This document shows, piece by piece, positions 1 to 10,378 of a stretch of DNA of 64,000 nt (within the stretch, counting starts at the first letter, position 1; each line of letters opens with the position of its first letter). Origin of the DNA: an uncultured Clostridia bacterium (GTDB taxonomy: Bacteria; Bacillota; Clostridia; Christensenellales; UBA1242); NCBI GenBank assembly GCA_947382485.1, contig CANCYS010000006.1:2278-66277 (forward strand). The letters are read 5' to 3'. Position numbers and translations under genes: made by a program. The notes under the pieces are model-generated. The model was not told the DNA's origin, made no database searches, and worked only from the letters and a program-made list of their open reading frames with translations.

Positions 1-3000
1 TGTTCACCAAAAAATTTTGGATAAACACGTTGGTTTAAAATTTTGTCATCTACTTTTTCATTGTCTTGAATATGATATATTTTGATTGCTTGATATGAAG
101 GGTAAACTAAATATTGAATATATTCATTTTTACTTAATAACTCTTTATGATAACCAAACAAATATGGCAAATTCATTGCGTTGTTATTTGATAAGCTTCT
201 ATCAAAAAGCATACCAAAAGTTATTGCTGTACCTTTTGAATCTTTTAAAAGTTCAAAACGTTTTGAACCAGCACTTGTTTCATAGAAACATCTACCATCA
301 CCAGCAACATATATGTCAGTTCTTGTATATGTACCATCTTTAATTGTATATAATTTATAAGTAATTAATAAACTTAAATATTTTCCAGTTGTTCCACCTA
401 ATTTATAAGCAATTGGGCTAGTTACGAATTTATCATTTCCATAAATAAAATCATATTCAGTAGCATTGTTATTATTAGCAATGTTTGCTGCTAAGTTTGA
501 AGTATATGAATTACTTTGTAATGCACTTGGTTCTTCTAGAATATATTTATCTTTTCCATTTGCTGAATATAGTTCACCATCAAATGAACCAACAGAGAAT
601 GAAAGATAATCAATGACAATAGTACCATTTGATGATTGTCCTATAACATTGAAATCTGCTTTTTTAGTAAATTTTGAATCAGTGTATACATCATATCTAT
701 AATTTGATTGAATATTATTGTTTGTGCCTCTTATATCAGCATAATAAGTTTTATCGTTATATTCAAATTTGCCTATACTGTTAACTGATATAAAATATTT
801 TGAAGGATATCTTCCACCAATGAATGTTCCTAAGTTTGGTGCTAAATCCATTGACAAATCTAAAATGTTATTTGAGTTTGTATCTGAAACAACAACACTA
901 TATGAGAAGTTGTTAATTACATTAACTTTTCCTGTATAAACATCATTTGGTTTATTTTCATAGTGATATATAACTTCGTCGTATGTTAAAATTCCGCCAA
1001 GGTTTGATTCACGTTCCTGAGTTACATATACTGATTTCTTTTCTTCTAATGGTTTAATGTAATAATAAGCATTTGAAACTATTTTTGCACCAAGGATTTG
1101 ATAGAAATCTTTGATGTTATTGAATGTTGATTGGGAAATTAAATGTCCTAATTCATCTCTAATTCCATCAGAATCATCATCTGACTCAACCCAATTAGCA
1201 TTTGCTATTCTAGTTATATCTGAACCTTTCATTATTGAATGTTCAGCAACTAATGTTTCAAAATTTGTTATACCATAGAAGAATACATCTTGTTGTTTGA
1301 AATTTCCAAAATCATCAACATTGTTTTGATGTTTTGCAAGTTGGGAAGTGAGGTAATAGTTTGTTTTGCCTAATTTGCTAACACTTTCAATGTCATAATA
1401 AGCATAAACATTAGAAATTGTTACATCTGCATCAATTCCTTCTCTTCCAGTTTTAACTTCTGTTCCATCAATTGAAATTTCAAGACCACTTGGCAATTTC
1501 ATGTTGAGTTTGCCATTAACTTCTTTTATTGTGTATAAATCTTCAACCTGTGAAACACCAATTAATGAACTGTTTGGAGTTGTTCCTTTGATTGCTTTAT
1601 TTATTTTTATAATAACAATTTTTGATGAACCATAATACATGAAAGCATTTATATCATCGCTTTTGTATTCTTCTGTCATTTCTTGATCTTTATAGACTTT
1701 AACAACATCACCAACTTTATATTGCTTTAAATCAAAATAGATTTGTGTTGAATCAGATGAATCGGCAATTATGAGTGTGTTGTTTTTAACAGAAACTATA
1801 CTACATAAGTTGTAGTATTCATCATATCCATCATCAAGCATGTGTTTTTCTTTATGTCCAATTACTGCAAAATCATTATAAACATTGCTTGGTGACATAA
1901 CAGAATCTGTAAATGTTTGTGAGTATGAATAATTTTCGCCACCAATATTAACGATTTTATTATTTAATGCACAATTATCAAAACTATTAAAGTAGTATCT
2001 TTCTTGACCACCTTCAATAAATTCTTTTCTTGAAATGTTTCCAGCAACTTCAACATCATAGCCATTTGCAAAAGTTTTATCGGTGAGTTCTTTATCATCA
2101 GCAAAAGTTTCTTTTGAATAAACTTTATAATTGAATTGTGGAATTAAACCACCATCTTTATTTTCAACATATACTGTTTCTTTTAAAACATAAACATAGC
2201 AATCATAAAGGTGGAACGCATAAAGTTCCATATCTGTTTTGTGAACATCAGTAACTAGGGCAGTGTTTGAATTTCCAAAATACTTGATTGAATCTCTAAA
2301 TGCATCTTGACTGTCTTTGATAACTTTGTTATTTGAGCTGTTAACAAAAACTGTTACTTCGGTTTCACCCTCAGTCTTTTTTATTGACTCAATTTTGATT
2401 GATGTTGATTGATCATCTTTTCCAGTTAGGGTGGTGTTGAATAATGTTCCCATTGTCATGGAAACTATTCTCTTTGTGTAGTCATTTGAGAGAACTACAT
2501 TAACATTGTAATATACAAAATTGTTAACATCAACCCAAGCATTTTCGGTTGTATCATACTTTTTAAGCACTCTGTTATTATCAAAATAAGCATATTTTCC
2601 GTTATAATCATTAATTATACTTGAAGTGCTTCCAGTTGTAATGTCAAATGTCATGTATGTTGTAAAGATGTTTTCAAACGAAATTTCTTTATTATCAATA
2701 TCAATATAGAATGTATCTGTAAATTTTGCTGCTTCGCCACATTCAAATGTTTTATATAAATATGGTCTTTTTGGATTTACAACTAATTTTCCATCTTCTT
2801 TAATGGTGTTTATGTAGTAAGTGTTATTATCTTTAAGCAAAACACTATATCTGCTAAGATAAATACCTTTTTCACTGCTTACTACATCAACTCTGTGTGA
2901 AACACAACCAGTTTCATCTTCGATGTTAATTTTATAATTTCCAATACTTGAACTGTTGAGTGTGTGAAGGGCACTATTGAAATAATAAGTTTTACTATTA

Positions 3001-6000
3001 TATGTAATTGTATATCTTGTTAAATTGATGTTGCGGCTTGCTACGTTAAATTCAATAGTTTCCCAACCAAACTTATCAGTGATTTCTTCACTGAATTCTT
3101 TTGTTATTGGATCAAGATTTTTATATATCTTGAAAATGCCATTATCATTTCCAACATAATAACTATATCCATTGAATTGGAATGAATAGTAGGTGAAATC
3201 TCCATCGTTATGTATTGCCATTGGAACATCAATGCTATAACTTCCAAACTTATAAAATTCTTCTCTTAATGAAATTTTATAAGCGTCATTGAACATTAAT
3301 GTGTACATACCATAATTAGGTTTTGATGAATCATTATTTAATGTTCCAGCAATTTCAAAATTGCCAATGCTTAAATCATCTGTGTAATTAGGGTATTTTG
3401 TTGAATATACACTTTGCAAGTATGAATTTGTTTTATCATAGTTAATTGCATAAGTATAAGTGTTTTCAAATTTTGTTGCTTTATTTTCAATTGCAGCATT
3501 ATTAGAAACTTCATATTTTAAATCACTTAAATCAAGAAAATTGTCATTTGCACCATAGAAATAGAAATAGCCATTGTATACTATATAGTTATATACATTT
3601 CCATTACCTTCAACAGTTGTGATTCCTGAACTTGTATACAAATAGTTTGCGTCTTTTTCATCAGTTGAATAGTTGATTTTTTCAATAATAAGCAATTTGA
3701 AGCTTTCATTATTAACTCTTACCATTAAATTGCTTGATGATTTTGATTGATAAATATCGTATGGGGTGTTTTCATAATTTGAAGTGTATTTATATTCAAA
3801 GTATTCTAAAATTCCAGTACCAGCATCATAAATGAGAGAATTTGAACTTTGTGCAAGTTTTACACTGTCACTTGGAACAGTGCTTGGTGTCATGAAGAAA
3901 TAATTTTGAACAACTGTTTTATCTTGAAGTGCAGTTTGTTTCAAAATTGAACTTGGAACACCTGAACTTTCATTCATGCTATTTTTATATAATGTTATAC
4001 CAATTGTGTTGTCAGTTACGACATTATATGATTCAATGGTTACATTGCTTGGTATTACAACTGAAACATAAACAGTTGTTTTTACACAGCCAAGTGAATC
4101 AACATAAGAAGACACCGAAGATATAACTTCGTATGAAATACCATATTTTGTTGGATCAACAACTTCACCATTTTCAAAAATTGATACATTTACAACAAGT
4201 GATGTGTCTGCATCATATTTTGTTGCAAGAATTGATGAATTTGTTAAATCTAGTGCTTTATAAATATATTCAACTTTAAAACTTGGGTATGAAACGCCAT
4301 CTGAGTCATAAACATTGTTTCCATCAACATAATAACTTTTACTTCCTGAATAGAATGATTTTGCAGATGGACTAAGATAAAATTTATCACCCCTTGAATT
4401 TGTTACTATAATAGCTGTGCAAGTTGATTCATTTATTTTGTAGTTTTGAAGGGCAGAATAGGTTGGTTTATCAATATTTGTTACTTTTGAAATGTCATTT
4501 CCATAGAAATTGTAATCTAAGGTTGTATTTTCTTCAACAATTTGTTTACTAAATACAACATAATCACCATATCTCAAACCTGTTAAGTTGTATTCATATC
4601 CATCTAATTTCTTTGTATAGTATGGATTTGCAAGATCATCTTTACTAAAAATGTTTACATATACATCAAAAAGTTTTGAATCTTTGCTATTTAAAATTTT
4701 ATCAGCATCAAAAATTGTTCCAGCAAGTGCAAAGTTGTCAACCTTAACATAATTTGCGTAGAAAGTGTAATTGTTATATTCAACATCAGAAGTTACGCAA
4801 AGTGTTCCGTTTGGTGTCAAGTTTGTTCCAAAATAAATTTCATATGCTTTTGAGTTTTCATCGAGTTTGTCACCAGCTTTATATGACTTGATTGCTTGAT
4901 TAATATTCTTTTCATTAACTTTTGCCAAATCAAATCCAAATAAACTATGATAGCCAGCATCAAAATCTTCAATTAAATCATATTTTGAATTTGATGGTAA
5001 AGTGAAATCAATTGCAAGAGTGTTGACTGGTTTTTTGTTGGTTGACCATGATTGGAAAGCATAATATCTGTTTGTGTCTGTTACCAAATTTCCATTAGCA
5101 TCATTAAAGTTTCTTATGCTAACAGGTGATGTATCAAACATACCTTGGAAATTTTCTTTATCATACAAAACTCTATCAACTTGAACAATTCTTCCAGCAG
5201 GGAAAAATCCTGTTATTGAAGAAAGTTGATAGGTTTTTGTTGAAAGAGAATATTTGGTTTCCGTTTCATAGAAATAATATTTATTTTTATTGTAGTAAAG
5301 TTCGCCATAATCAAGTTGTGAAGAGTTGTTTGAGTATGTTTTAAATGACATTTTGTATGCTGAATATGAGATTTGTGAAGAATATAGTGATTCGCCACGA
5401 ACTTGATTTTCATAATTTAATCTTGCGGTTTTAACTGCAACATCATTTGATTCACTCAAATCTACGCTTACGCCATCAATGAGCAAGTTTGGAACTGCTT
5501 TAACTCTAATTCTTCTTGTGTTTGTTCCTGTTTGAAGAATTGGGTTGAATGACATATAGAATACATGGTCAAAACTTTGTGAAGCATCTAATGTTACATC
5601 AGTTCCACCAGTTTCTTGATTTGAATGAAGATATACTGCTTGAATAAATTCATCAGCATCAAGCCATTCACCAGAAGTTCCATTTCTATATGAAAATTTG
5701 AAAATGTTGTTTAGTTGAAGTGGAGAACCATTTACATCAACTGGCTTGATATAGTTGTTTGAATTGTAGTATGAACCATTTGCAGTGTCAGCTTTTGAAT
5801 TTATTACAAGTTTTGAATAGTCTACATGAACATGGATTTGATAAATGTAGCCATCAACCCAGAAAGTGTAGTCAGGGTAGTAAACATTTAAACCATCAAG
5901 TGTTGAGCCATTGCTTACATATTCAAATTCACCATTTAACATAGGAAAGGCTTTTGAACCACCTTGATCATAATCATGATCAAAATATGGGTTTAAAGAA

Positions 6001-6284
6001 TTATTGAACATTGTTGAGAATGTGTTATCACGATAAAATTCCATTGGAACTAAGAAAGATCCAGTGTATTCATTTGTTTTGTTATCTGATGTTTTGTCAT
6101 AGAAAGTTAACGCTGGGGTTAAAAGTCTATAATGTCCATATGCATCATAACCAGAATCAGATGCACTTGACGATTTGCCACATGCAACAAAAAATACTGA
6201 TACAAATGCAGTGACAATCAGCATGAATGTTTTAACGAATTTTTTAATTCCAAATGACAATTTATTCTTTTGTGTTTTTTCCAT
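1..6284 (-). CDS. giant surface lipoprotein, >2094 aa, C-terminus lies beyond the left window edge
   Basis: ATG at 6284-6282 preceded by GGTAGGA RBS. N-terminus MEKTQKNKLSFGIKKFVKTFMLIVTAFVSVFFVAC-GKSSS is a signal peptide plus lipobox (FVAC). The frame (plus-strand triplets starting at positions divisible by 3) was checked stop-free near 1-60, 3000-3060 and 6100-6284. It is absent from the ORF track because it has no stop in the window; a complete ORF would have been listed if any in-frame stop existed. The product is N/Y/T/S-rich and no catalytic motif was recognised by eye. Confidence 0.85.
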   Translation of the reverse strand, partial: MEKTQKNKLSFGIKKFVKTFMLIVTAFVSVFFVACGKSSSASDSGYDAYGHYRLLTPALTFYDKTSDNKTNEYTGSFLVPMEFYRDNTFSTMFNNSLNPYFDHDYDQGGSKAFPMLNGEFEYVSNGSTLDGLNVYYPDYTFWVDGYIYQIHVHVDYSKLVINSKADTANGSYYNSNNYIKPVDVNGSPLQLNNIFKFSYRNGTSGEWLDADEFIQAVYLHSNQETGGTDVTLDASQSFDHVFYMSFNPILQTGTNTRRIRVKAVPNLLIDGVSVDLSESNDVAVKTARLNYENQVRGESLYSSQISYSAYKMSFKTYSNNSSQLDYGELYYNKNKYYFYETETKYSLSTKTYQLSSITGFFPAGRIVQVDRVLYDKENFQGMFDTSPVSIRNFNDANGNLVTDTNRYYAFQSWSTNKKPVNTLAIDFTLPSNSKYDLIEDFDAGYHSLFGFDLAKVNEKNINQAIKSYKAGDKLDENSKAYEIYFGTNLTPNGTLCVTSDVEYNNYTFYANYVKVDNFALAGTIFDADKILNSKDSKLFDVYVNIFSKDDLANPYYTKKLDGYEYNLTGLRYGDYVVFSKQIVEENTTLDYNFYGNDISKVTNIDKPTYSALQNYKINESTCTAIIVTNSRGDKFYLSPSAKSFYSGSKSYYVDGNNVYDSDGVSYPSFKVEYIYKALDLTNSSILATKYDADTSLVVNVSIFENGEVVDPTKYGISYEVISSVSSYVDSLGCVKTTVYVSVVIPSNVTIESYNVVTDNTIGITLYKNSMNESSGVPSSILKQTALQDKTVVQNYFFMTPSTVPSDSVKLAQSSNSLIYDAGTGILEYFEYKYTSNYENTPYDIYQSKSSSNLMVRVNNESFKLLIIEKINYSTDEKDANYLYTSSGITTVEGNGNVYNYIVYNGYFYFYGANDNFLDLSDLKYEVSNNAAIENKATKFENTYTYAINYDKTNSYLQSVYSTKYPNYTDDLSIGNFEIAGTLNNDSSKPNYGMYTLMFNDAYKISLREEFYKFGSYSIDVPMAIHNDGDFTYYSFQFNGYSYYVGNDNGIFKIYKNLDPITKEFSEEITDKFGWETIEFNVASRNINLTRYTITYNSKTYYFNSALHTLNSSSIGNYKINIEDETGCVSHRVDVVSSEKGIYLSRYSVLLKDNNTYYINTIKEDGKLVVNPKRPYLYKTFECGEAAKFTDTFYIDIDNKEISFENIFTTYMTFDITTGSTSSIINDYNGKYAYFDNNRVLKKYDTTENAWVDVNNFVYYNVNVVLSNDYTKRIVSMTMGTLFNTTLTGKDDQSTSIKIESIKKTEGETEVTVFVNSSNNKVIKDSQDAFRDSIKYFGNSNTALVTDVHKTDMELYAFHLYDCYVYVLKETVYVENKDGGLIPQFNYKVYSKETFADDKELTDKTFANGYDVEVAGNISRKEFIEGGQERYYFNSFDNCALNNKIVNIGGENYSYSQTFTDSVMSPSNVYNDFAVIGHKEKHMLDDGYDEYYNLCSIVSVKNNTLIIADSSDSTQIYFDLKQYKVGDVVKVYKDQEMTEEYKSDDINAFMYYGSSKIVIIKINKAIKGTTPNSSLIGVSQVEDLYTIKEVNGKLNMKLPSGLEISIDGTEVKTGREGIDADVTISNVYAYYDIESVSKLGKTNYYLTSQLAKHQNNVDDFGNFKQQDVFFYGITNFETLVAEHSIMKGSDITRIANANWVESDDDSDGIRDELGHLISQSTFNNIKDFYQILGAKIVSNAYYYIKPLEEKKSVYVTQERESNLGGILTYDEVIYHYENKPNDVYTGKVNVINNFSYSVVVSDTNSNNILDLSMDLAPNLGTFIGGRYPSKYFISVNSIGKFEYNDKTYYADIRGTNNNIQSNYRYDVYTDSKFTKKADFNVIGQSSNGTIVIDYLSFSVGSFDGELYSANGKDKYILEEPSALQSNSYTSNLAANIANNNNATEYDFIYGNDKFVTSPIAYKLGGTTGKYLSLLITYKLYTIKDGTYTRTDIYVAGDGRCFYETSAGSKRFELLKDSKGTAITFGMLFDRSLSNNNAMNLPYLFGYHKELLSKNEYIQYLVYPSYQAIKIYHIQDNEKVDDKILNQRVYPKFFGE

Positions 6285-6707
6285 AAATTCCTACCTTTTC
6301 TTAGTTTGTCTTAGAATTTTATTTATAAATATATATATACTTACTTATTTTAGCATATTAAGTCGAATTTTCAAACAAAAAAACCAAGCCTAGATATAAA
6401 AATTAACGTATATAGTTATTAAACAAAAAGTATTATATTGTCGAAAATTAAAGTTATAAATTTATAATTATTTTTGTTATATTTAATTTTTTCAAGCATA
6501 AGAAAAAATAAATAAATTTTTATGTAATAATTTAATAACAAACTTATTTTAAAAATTAATTTTTTTTAAAATTTTTTTTTGGTTATTTTGCACATATTTG
6601 TTTCAATTTGGAAAAAAGTGACATGGGTGAAAGTTAACAAAAAAATATTTATATTAAAATGAAATTGCAGTCACGAAAATGTGTCTGTGTCTACTAAGGA
6701 GAATAAC

Positions 6708-7415
6708 ATGAATCAAGAAGAAACTACTAATTCAGCACTAATTGCGACCCATCTGCCCAAAAATTTTAAAAAGAAAGATAAGATAAATAAGTCTTTGCTT
6801 ATAAGAAATTATATAGCAAATTTAAATAATCCTACAAAAATGAAATTCTGGATTAAAACACTACTATCTTCACTTAATGCATTGCCACAAATTATGAATA
6901 CTCTTGATAAAATCATTGAACTTCAAGCATCTTCTGTGTCATTCGCATCAAACATTTACAATAGCGATAAATCCACACTTAAAGACATTGAAAAAGTAAT
7001 TGATTTATCTGAACGCAAAAACACTATTTTGAATATTTATCTCATGACAAAAGATATGCTTAAAGGGCTATCTGAAAACGACATGATACTCATTGAAAAA
7101 CGTTATGTTGATGGTTGGAGTATTGATGAAATTTCAAAAGAATTTGAAATTTCGCACAGAACCGTTTTTAGAAAAATTGATAAAATTATTGAAAACATTC
7201 ATGAAAATTGCTTGAAAAAGCATTGGTCTGTAAGATTTATTGAATCACAAATTCAAACCGAAGGTTGGCTTAAAGAAAAGTTTACTAAACTTGTAAGCGA
7301 TTATTGCAAAAACATTAATTACAAACAAGAATCCGAAACTACATGTTTGGCAATTTTTGATAAAACTTCTTACAGTAAATCATCTTCTGAACTATACGAA
7401 GGAAACTTAGGATAG
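6708..7415 (+). CDS. phage-type late transcriptional regulator with sigma-70 region-4 / ArpU-like HTH
   Basis: ATG 6708 follows an AAGGAG RBS (the track start 6681 is GTG). HTH segment LSENDMILIEKRYVDGWSIDEISKEFEISHRTVFRKIDKII. It sits just upstream of the packaging genes, where Firmicute phage late activators usually lie. No sigma region 2 was recognised. Confidence 0.5.
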   Translation: MNQEETTNSALIATHLPKNFKKKDKINKSLLIRNYIANLNNPTKMKFWIKTLLSSLNALPQIMNTLDKIIELQASSVSFASNIYNSDKSTLKDIEKVIDLSERKNTILNIYLMTKDMLKGLSENDMILIEKRYVDGWSIDEISKEFEISHRTVFRKIDKIIENIHENCLKKHWSVRFIESQIQTEGWLKEKFTKLVSDYCKNINYKQESETTCLAIFDKTSYSKSSSELYEGNLG

Positions 7416-8443
7416 TTTAGGGAAGAACTTTTTGAACTTTGACTTTGATTTGGATATATTATGCTAGGTCTTTCTTTTTTGATATAAGTTGTATTTTTCA
7501 TATTGTTAAGTCTATTATGCAATGAATTTTCATTTTCTCTTGTATCTCCGTAATCTCTAACATAATCATCATAATTTTGATCTCTGTTATGTTCTCTCAA
7601 ATATTTTATTTCTTGACTATCTACATGCTTTTTATTTAAATTTTCTTTAAAGCGTTTAACAACTTTGTAAAGCAAGATTGCAAACAATAAAATTATTGGA
7701 ATAGCAATGATTGCAATAATTATTGTTTTAACTGTTGAAGATACATAAATTGTGTCGTTAATTTCTTTATTGTCTGGCGGATTTATGACTTCTGGATTGG
7801 TTTCTGTGTTAGCAACTATTTCTGTTAAATTAGTAACATTTTCACTATAAATGTATCCTTCATAAACATTTGTTGAATTGCTATCTGGTGTATATGAAAT
7901 GTAATACCACAAATTACTTTCGCCACCACTTGGAATATTTCCATACATTGATGCGATATAATTTATACCTGTTGTTCCTGCCAAAATGGTTGTTAAAATT
8001 TTGCCCTCTGAACTAGATGGGGCAGTCCATATTTGCGTGCCAGATGTACCTTTGATATCACACTTAATATTGTCTAAGGTTTTAACAATAGGAATGAATG
8101 TTGCAATCGTAACAGTTGTTATATTTACATAACCTATATATTTATTATATTGAACTTTCAAACAAACATCTGAAATGCTTTCAAGAACAACTACAAAATA
8201 CGTTTCAGGAATGATAAAATAAATATTTTCAAGTTCATTGCTCATTGATCTTGATTTATATAATGTGCAACCAACAAGTGCTTTTGCATATGTTGTTGTT
8301 TCTGCACTAAACAAATTTAAAGAATTATTAGCATTAGAATTTATAACTTGGTTATAGTTTTTTGCATGCAAAAAATTTACACTACACGAAAAACAACAAA
8401 TCAAATAACTACACAATAATACGCATATTTTCTTCATAATCAT
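7370..8443 (-). CDS. bitopic membrane protein with SH3b-like extracellular repeats and a charged cytoplasmic tail
   Basis: The track ORF 7370-8464 starts at TTG; the first ATGs are at 8443 and 8437. N-terminal hydrophobic segment KKICVLLCSYLICCFSCSV, second TM IIIAIIAIPIILLFAILLY, then a Y/N/D/R-rich tail. The SH3b resemblance is by eye only. No clear RBS. The 3' end overlaps 6708-7415 by 46 nt. Confidence 0.5.
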   Translation of the reverse strand: MIMKKICVLLCSYLICCFSCSVNFLHAKNYNQVINSNANNSLNLFSAETTTYAKALVGCTLYKSRSMSNELENIYFIIPETYFVVVLESISDVCLKVQYNKYIGYVNITTVTIATFIPIVKTLDNIKCDIKGTSGTQIWTAPSSSEGKILTTILAGTTGINYIASMYGNIPSGGESNLWYYISYTPDSNSTNVYEGYIYSENVTNLTEIVANTETNPEVINPPDNKEINDTIYVSSTVKTIIIAIIAIPIILLFAILLYKVVKRFKENLNKKHVDSQEIKYLREHNRDQNYDDYVRDYGDTRENENSLHNRLNNMKNTTYIKKERPSIIYPNQSQSSKSSSLNYPKFPSYSSEDDLL

Positions 8444-8520
8444 ATTATATTTCAATAATTTCAAAGGAAAAATGCGAAAAATGTCTTATATTTCAAACTT
8501 ATAAACTATTATAAAAAATT

Positions 8521-9954
8521 ATGAATAAAAATAAAATCTATAAACTTAAAAATGTTTTTAAAGAAATTAACAATAGAAATCTACTTCAACTTTTAAATTA
8601 CAACTCAGGAAAAATCAAACATCAAAAACAAATTGAATTTCATAAATCAACAAAAAGAAATCGTTGGCTATTTGGTGGAAATAGGACGGGAAAAACTGAG
8701 TGTGGAGCTGTTGAAACTATATGGCTTTCACTTGGAATTCATCCCTATAAAAATAATAAAAATAGTACAGATTGCTGGGTTGTTAGTTTGTCTAACAGAG
8801 TTCAAAAAGAAGTTGCACAAGCAAAAATTTTAAAGTATCTTCCGAGAAATTCAATAGAAGAAATTGTTATGTCAGAAGGCAAAAAATCTAATCCTGAAAA
8901 CGGAGTAATCGAATGTATTATTGTAAAAAATATATTTGGAAATCAAAGTCGAATTTGGTTTAAATCTTGTGAAGAAGGAAGAGATAAATTTCAAGGTGCA
9001 AGTTTAGATTTTGTATGGTTTGATGAAGAACCTCCACAAGATATTTATTGTGAATGCAAAATGCGTGTGCTTGATAGATGTGGAGAAATTTTTGGAACAA
9101 TGACACCTTTAAAAGGGTTTACATATATCTATGATGAAATTTATTTGAATAATAAAAATGACGATGAAATTTATTGTTTATTTATGAGTTGGGAAGACAA
9201 TCCTTATTTAAAATTAAGCGAAATAGAAAGACTATCAAAGACTATGTCAGAAGATGAAATTGAAAGTAGAAAGTTTGGAAGATTTTCATCAATAGATTGT
9301 GGATTAATATATAATGAGTTTGATATAAATGTGAATGTTGTTGAACCTTTTAATATTCCAAAAGAATGGCAAGATAATATATCTATTGATCCTGGACTAA
9401 GCAATCCACTTTCTTGTCATTGGTATGCACGAGATTATGATGATAATGTGTATGTGATTGCAGAGCATTTTGCTGAAAACAAAACAATTGAATTTCATTC
9501 TAATAGAATAAAAGAAATATCAAAAAGTTTAAATTGGAAAACAAAGTCAAATGGAATGGTGGAGGCTCTAATTGACAGTGCTGCAAACCAGAGAACTCTT
9601 GCTTCACAAAAAAGTGTTTCAGAGTTATTTTTTGATAACGGAATTTTAGTTAATCCAAATGTCAATAAAGATGTTTTATCTGGTATATCAAAAGTGAAAA
9701 CTTATCTTAAAAATATAACAGGAAAAAGTAAACTTTTTATATTTTCAAACTGCGTAAATTTAATTCGAGAATTTAAAACATATAGATGGAATGGCTCAGA
9801 TTCTCCAATAAAAAAAGATGACCATTGTTTGGACGAATTAAGGTATTACATTATGAGTTTAACTTCTTATACTTCTAATAAAAATTTTAAAAGTGAAATC
9901 ACAAAAGACAAAGAACGTCTAATTAAATTATTAAAGAGAAAACAAAATGTCTAA
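8521..9954 (+). CDS. terL: terminase large subunit
   Basis: Walker A-like GGNRTGKTE and Walker B LDFVWFDEE, with C-terminal nuclease-type acidic motifs (for example KKDDHCLDELRYY). 477 aa. An in-frame TAA at 8512-8514 fixes ATG 8521 as the first start. No Shine-Dalgarno sequence upstream. Confidence 0.85.
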   Translation: MNKNKIYKLKNVFKEINNRNLLQLLNYNSGKIKHQKQIEFHKSTKRNRWLFGGNRTGKTECGAVETIWLSLGIHPYKNNKNSTDCWVVSLSNRVQKEVAQAKILKYLPRNSIEEIVMSEGKKSNPENGVIECIIVKNIFGNQSRIWFKSCEEGRDKFQGASLDFVWFDEEPPQDIYCECKMRVLDRCGEIFGTMTPLKGFTYIYDEIYLNNKNDDEIYCLFMSWEDNPYLKLSEIERLSKTMSEDEIESRKFGRFSSIDCGLIYNEFDINVNVVEPFNIPKEWQDNISIDPGLSNPLSCHWYARDYDDNVYVIAEHFAENKTIEFHSNRIKEISKSLNWKTKSNGMVEALIDSAANQRTLASQKSVSELFFDNGILVNPNVNKDVLSGISKVKTYLKNITGKSKLFIFSNCVNLIREFKTYRWNGSDSPIKKDDHCLDELRYYIMSLTSYTSNKNFKSEITKDKERLIKLLKRKQNV

Positions 9955-10378
9955 TAACAAAATTACTAATAAAAAATTAATTAATCTTTTAACAAAACTT
10001 GCAAATGGTTTTTATTATTCAGAAGAACAAGTCGAGTATCAAAAAACGCAAAATAAAGTAAAAAACATTGAAAACTATAATAATAATGCTAAAAATATAA
10101 GTTTTTTCGATTATGATGTCACGGGTAAACAACTATTTGAAAATGATTATGATAAAATTAAAACATCAAATGAAACAGAAACAATCTCTAATAAAAACCT
10201 TACTTTATCTAAAAAGAAAATTACCACGCACTACGTTCAACCTGATATTAGTGCTATTAAAATTTTGTTTGAAATTAATAGGAAGAAGGTAGATAAAAAT
10301 GACATAGAAAGCATGAGTGATGACAAACTTATAAAACTTAAAAATAAACTTATTGAGGAACTATCAAATGAAAATTAA
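9947..10378 (+). CDS. hypothetical phage protein, weak candidate small terminase subunit
   Basis: 143 aa. The ATG overlaps the terL stop (ATGTCTAA). The segment KKKITTHYVQPDISAIKILFEINRKK resembles a C-terminal motif of some small terminases; this is a weak comparison from memory. Confidence 0.35.
   Translation: MSNNKITNKKLINLLTKLANGFYYSEEQVEYQKTQNKVKNIENYNNNAKNISFFDYDVTGKQLFENDYDKIKTSNETETISNKNLTLSKKKITTHYVQPDISAIKILFEINRKKVDKNDIESMSDDKLIKLKNKLIEELSNEN

Noticed and set aside
86-6393. Short plus-strand ORFs (86-343, 3929-4126, 5126-5344, 5759-5944, 6011-6214, 6175-6393) and the minus-strand ORF 5213-5413.
   Set aside because: All are antisense to, or out of frame with, the continuous minus-strand giant ORF. 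They lack an RBS and have the skewed composition typical of shadow ORFs.
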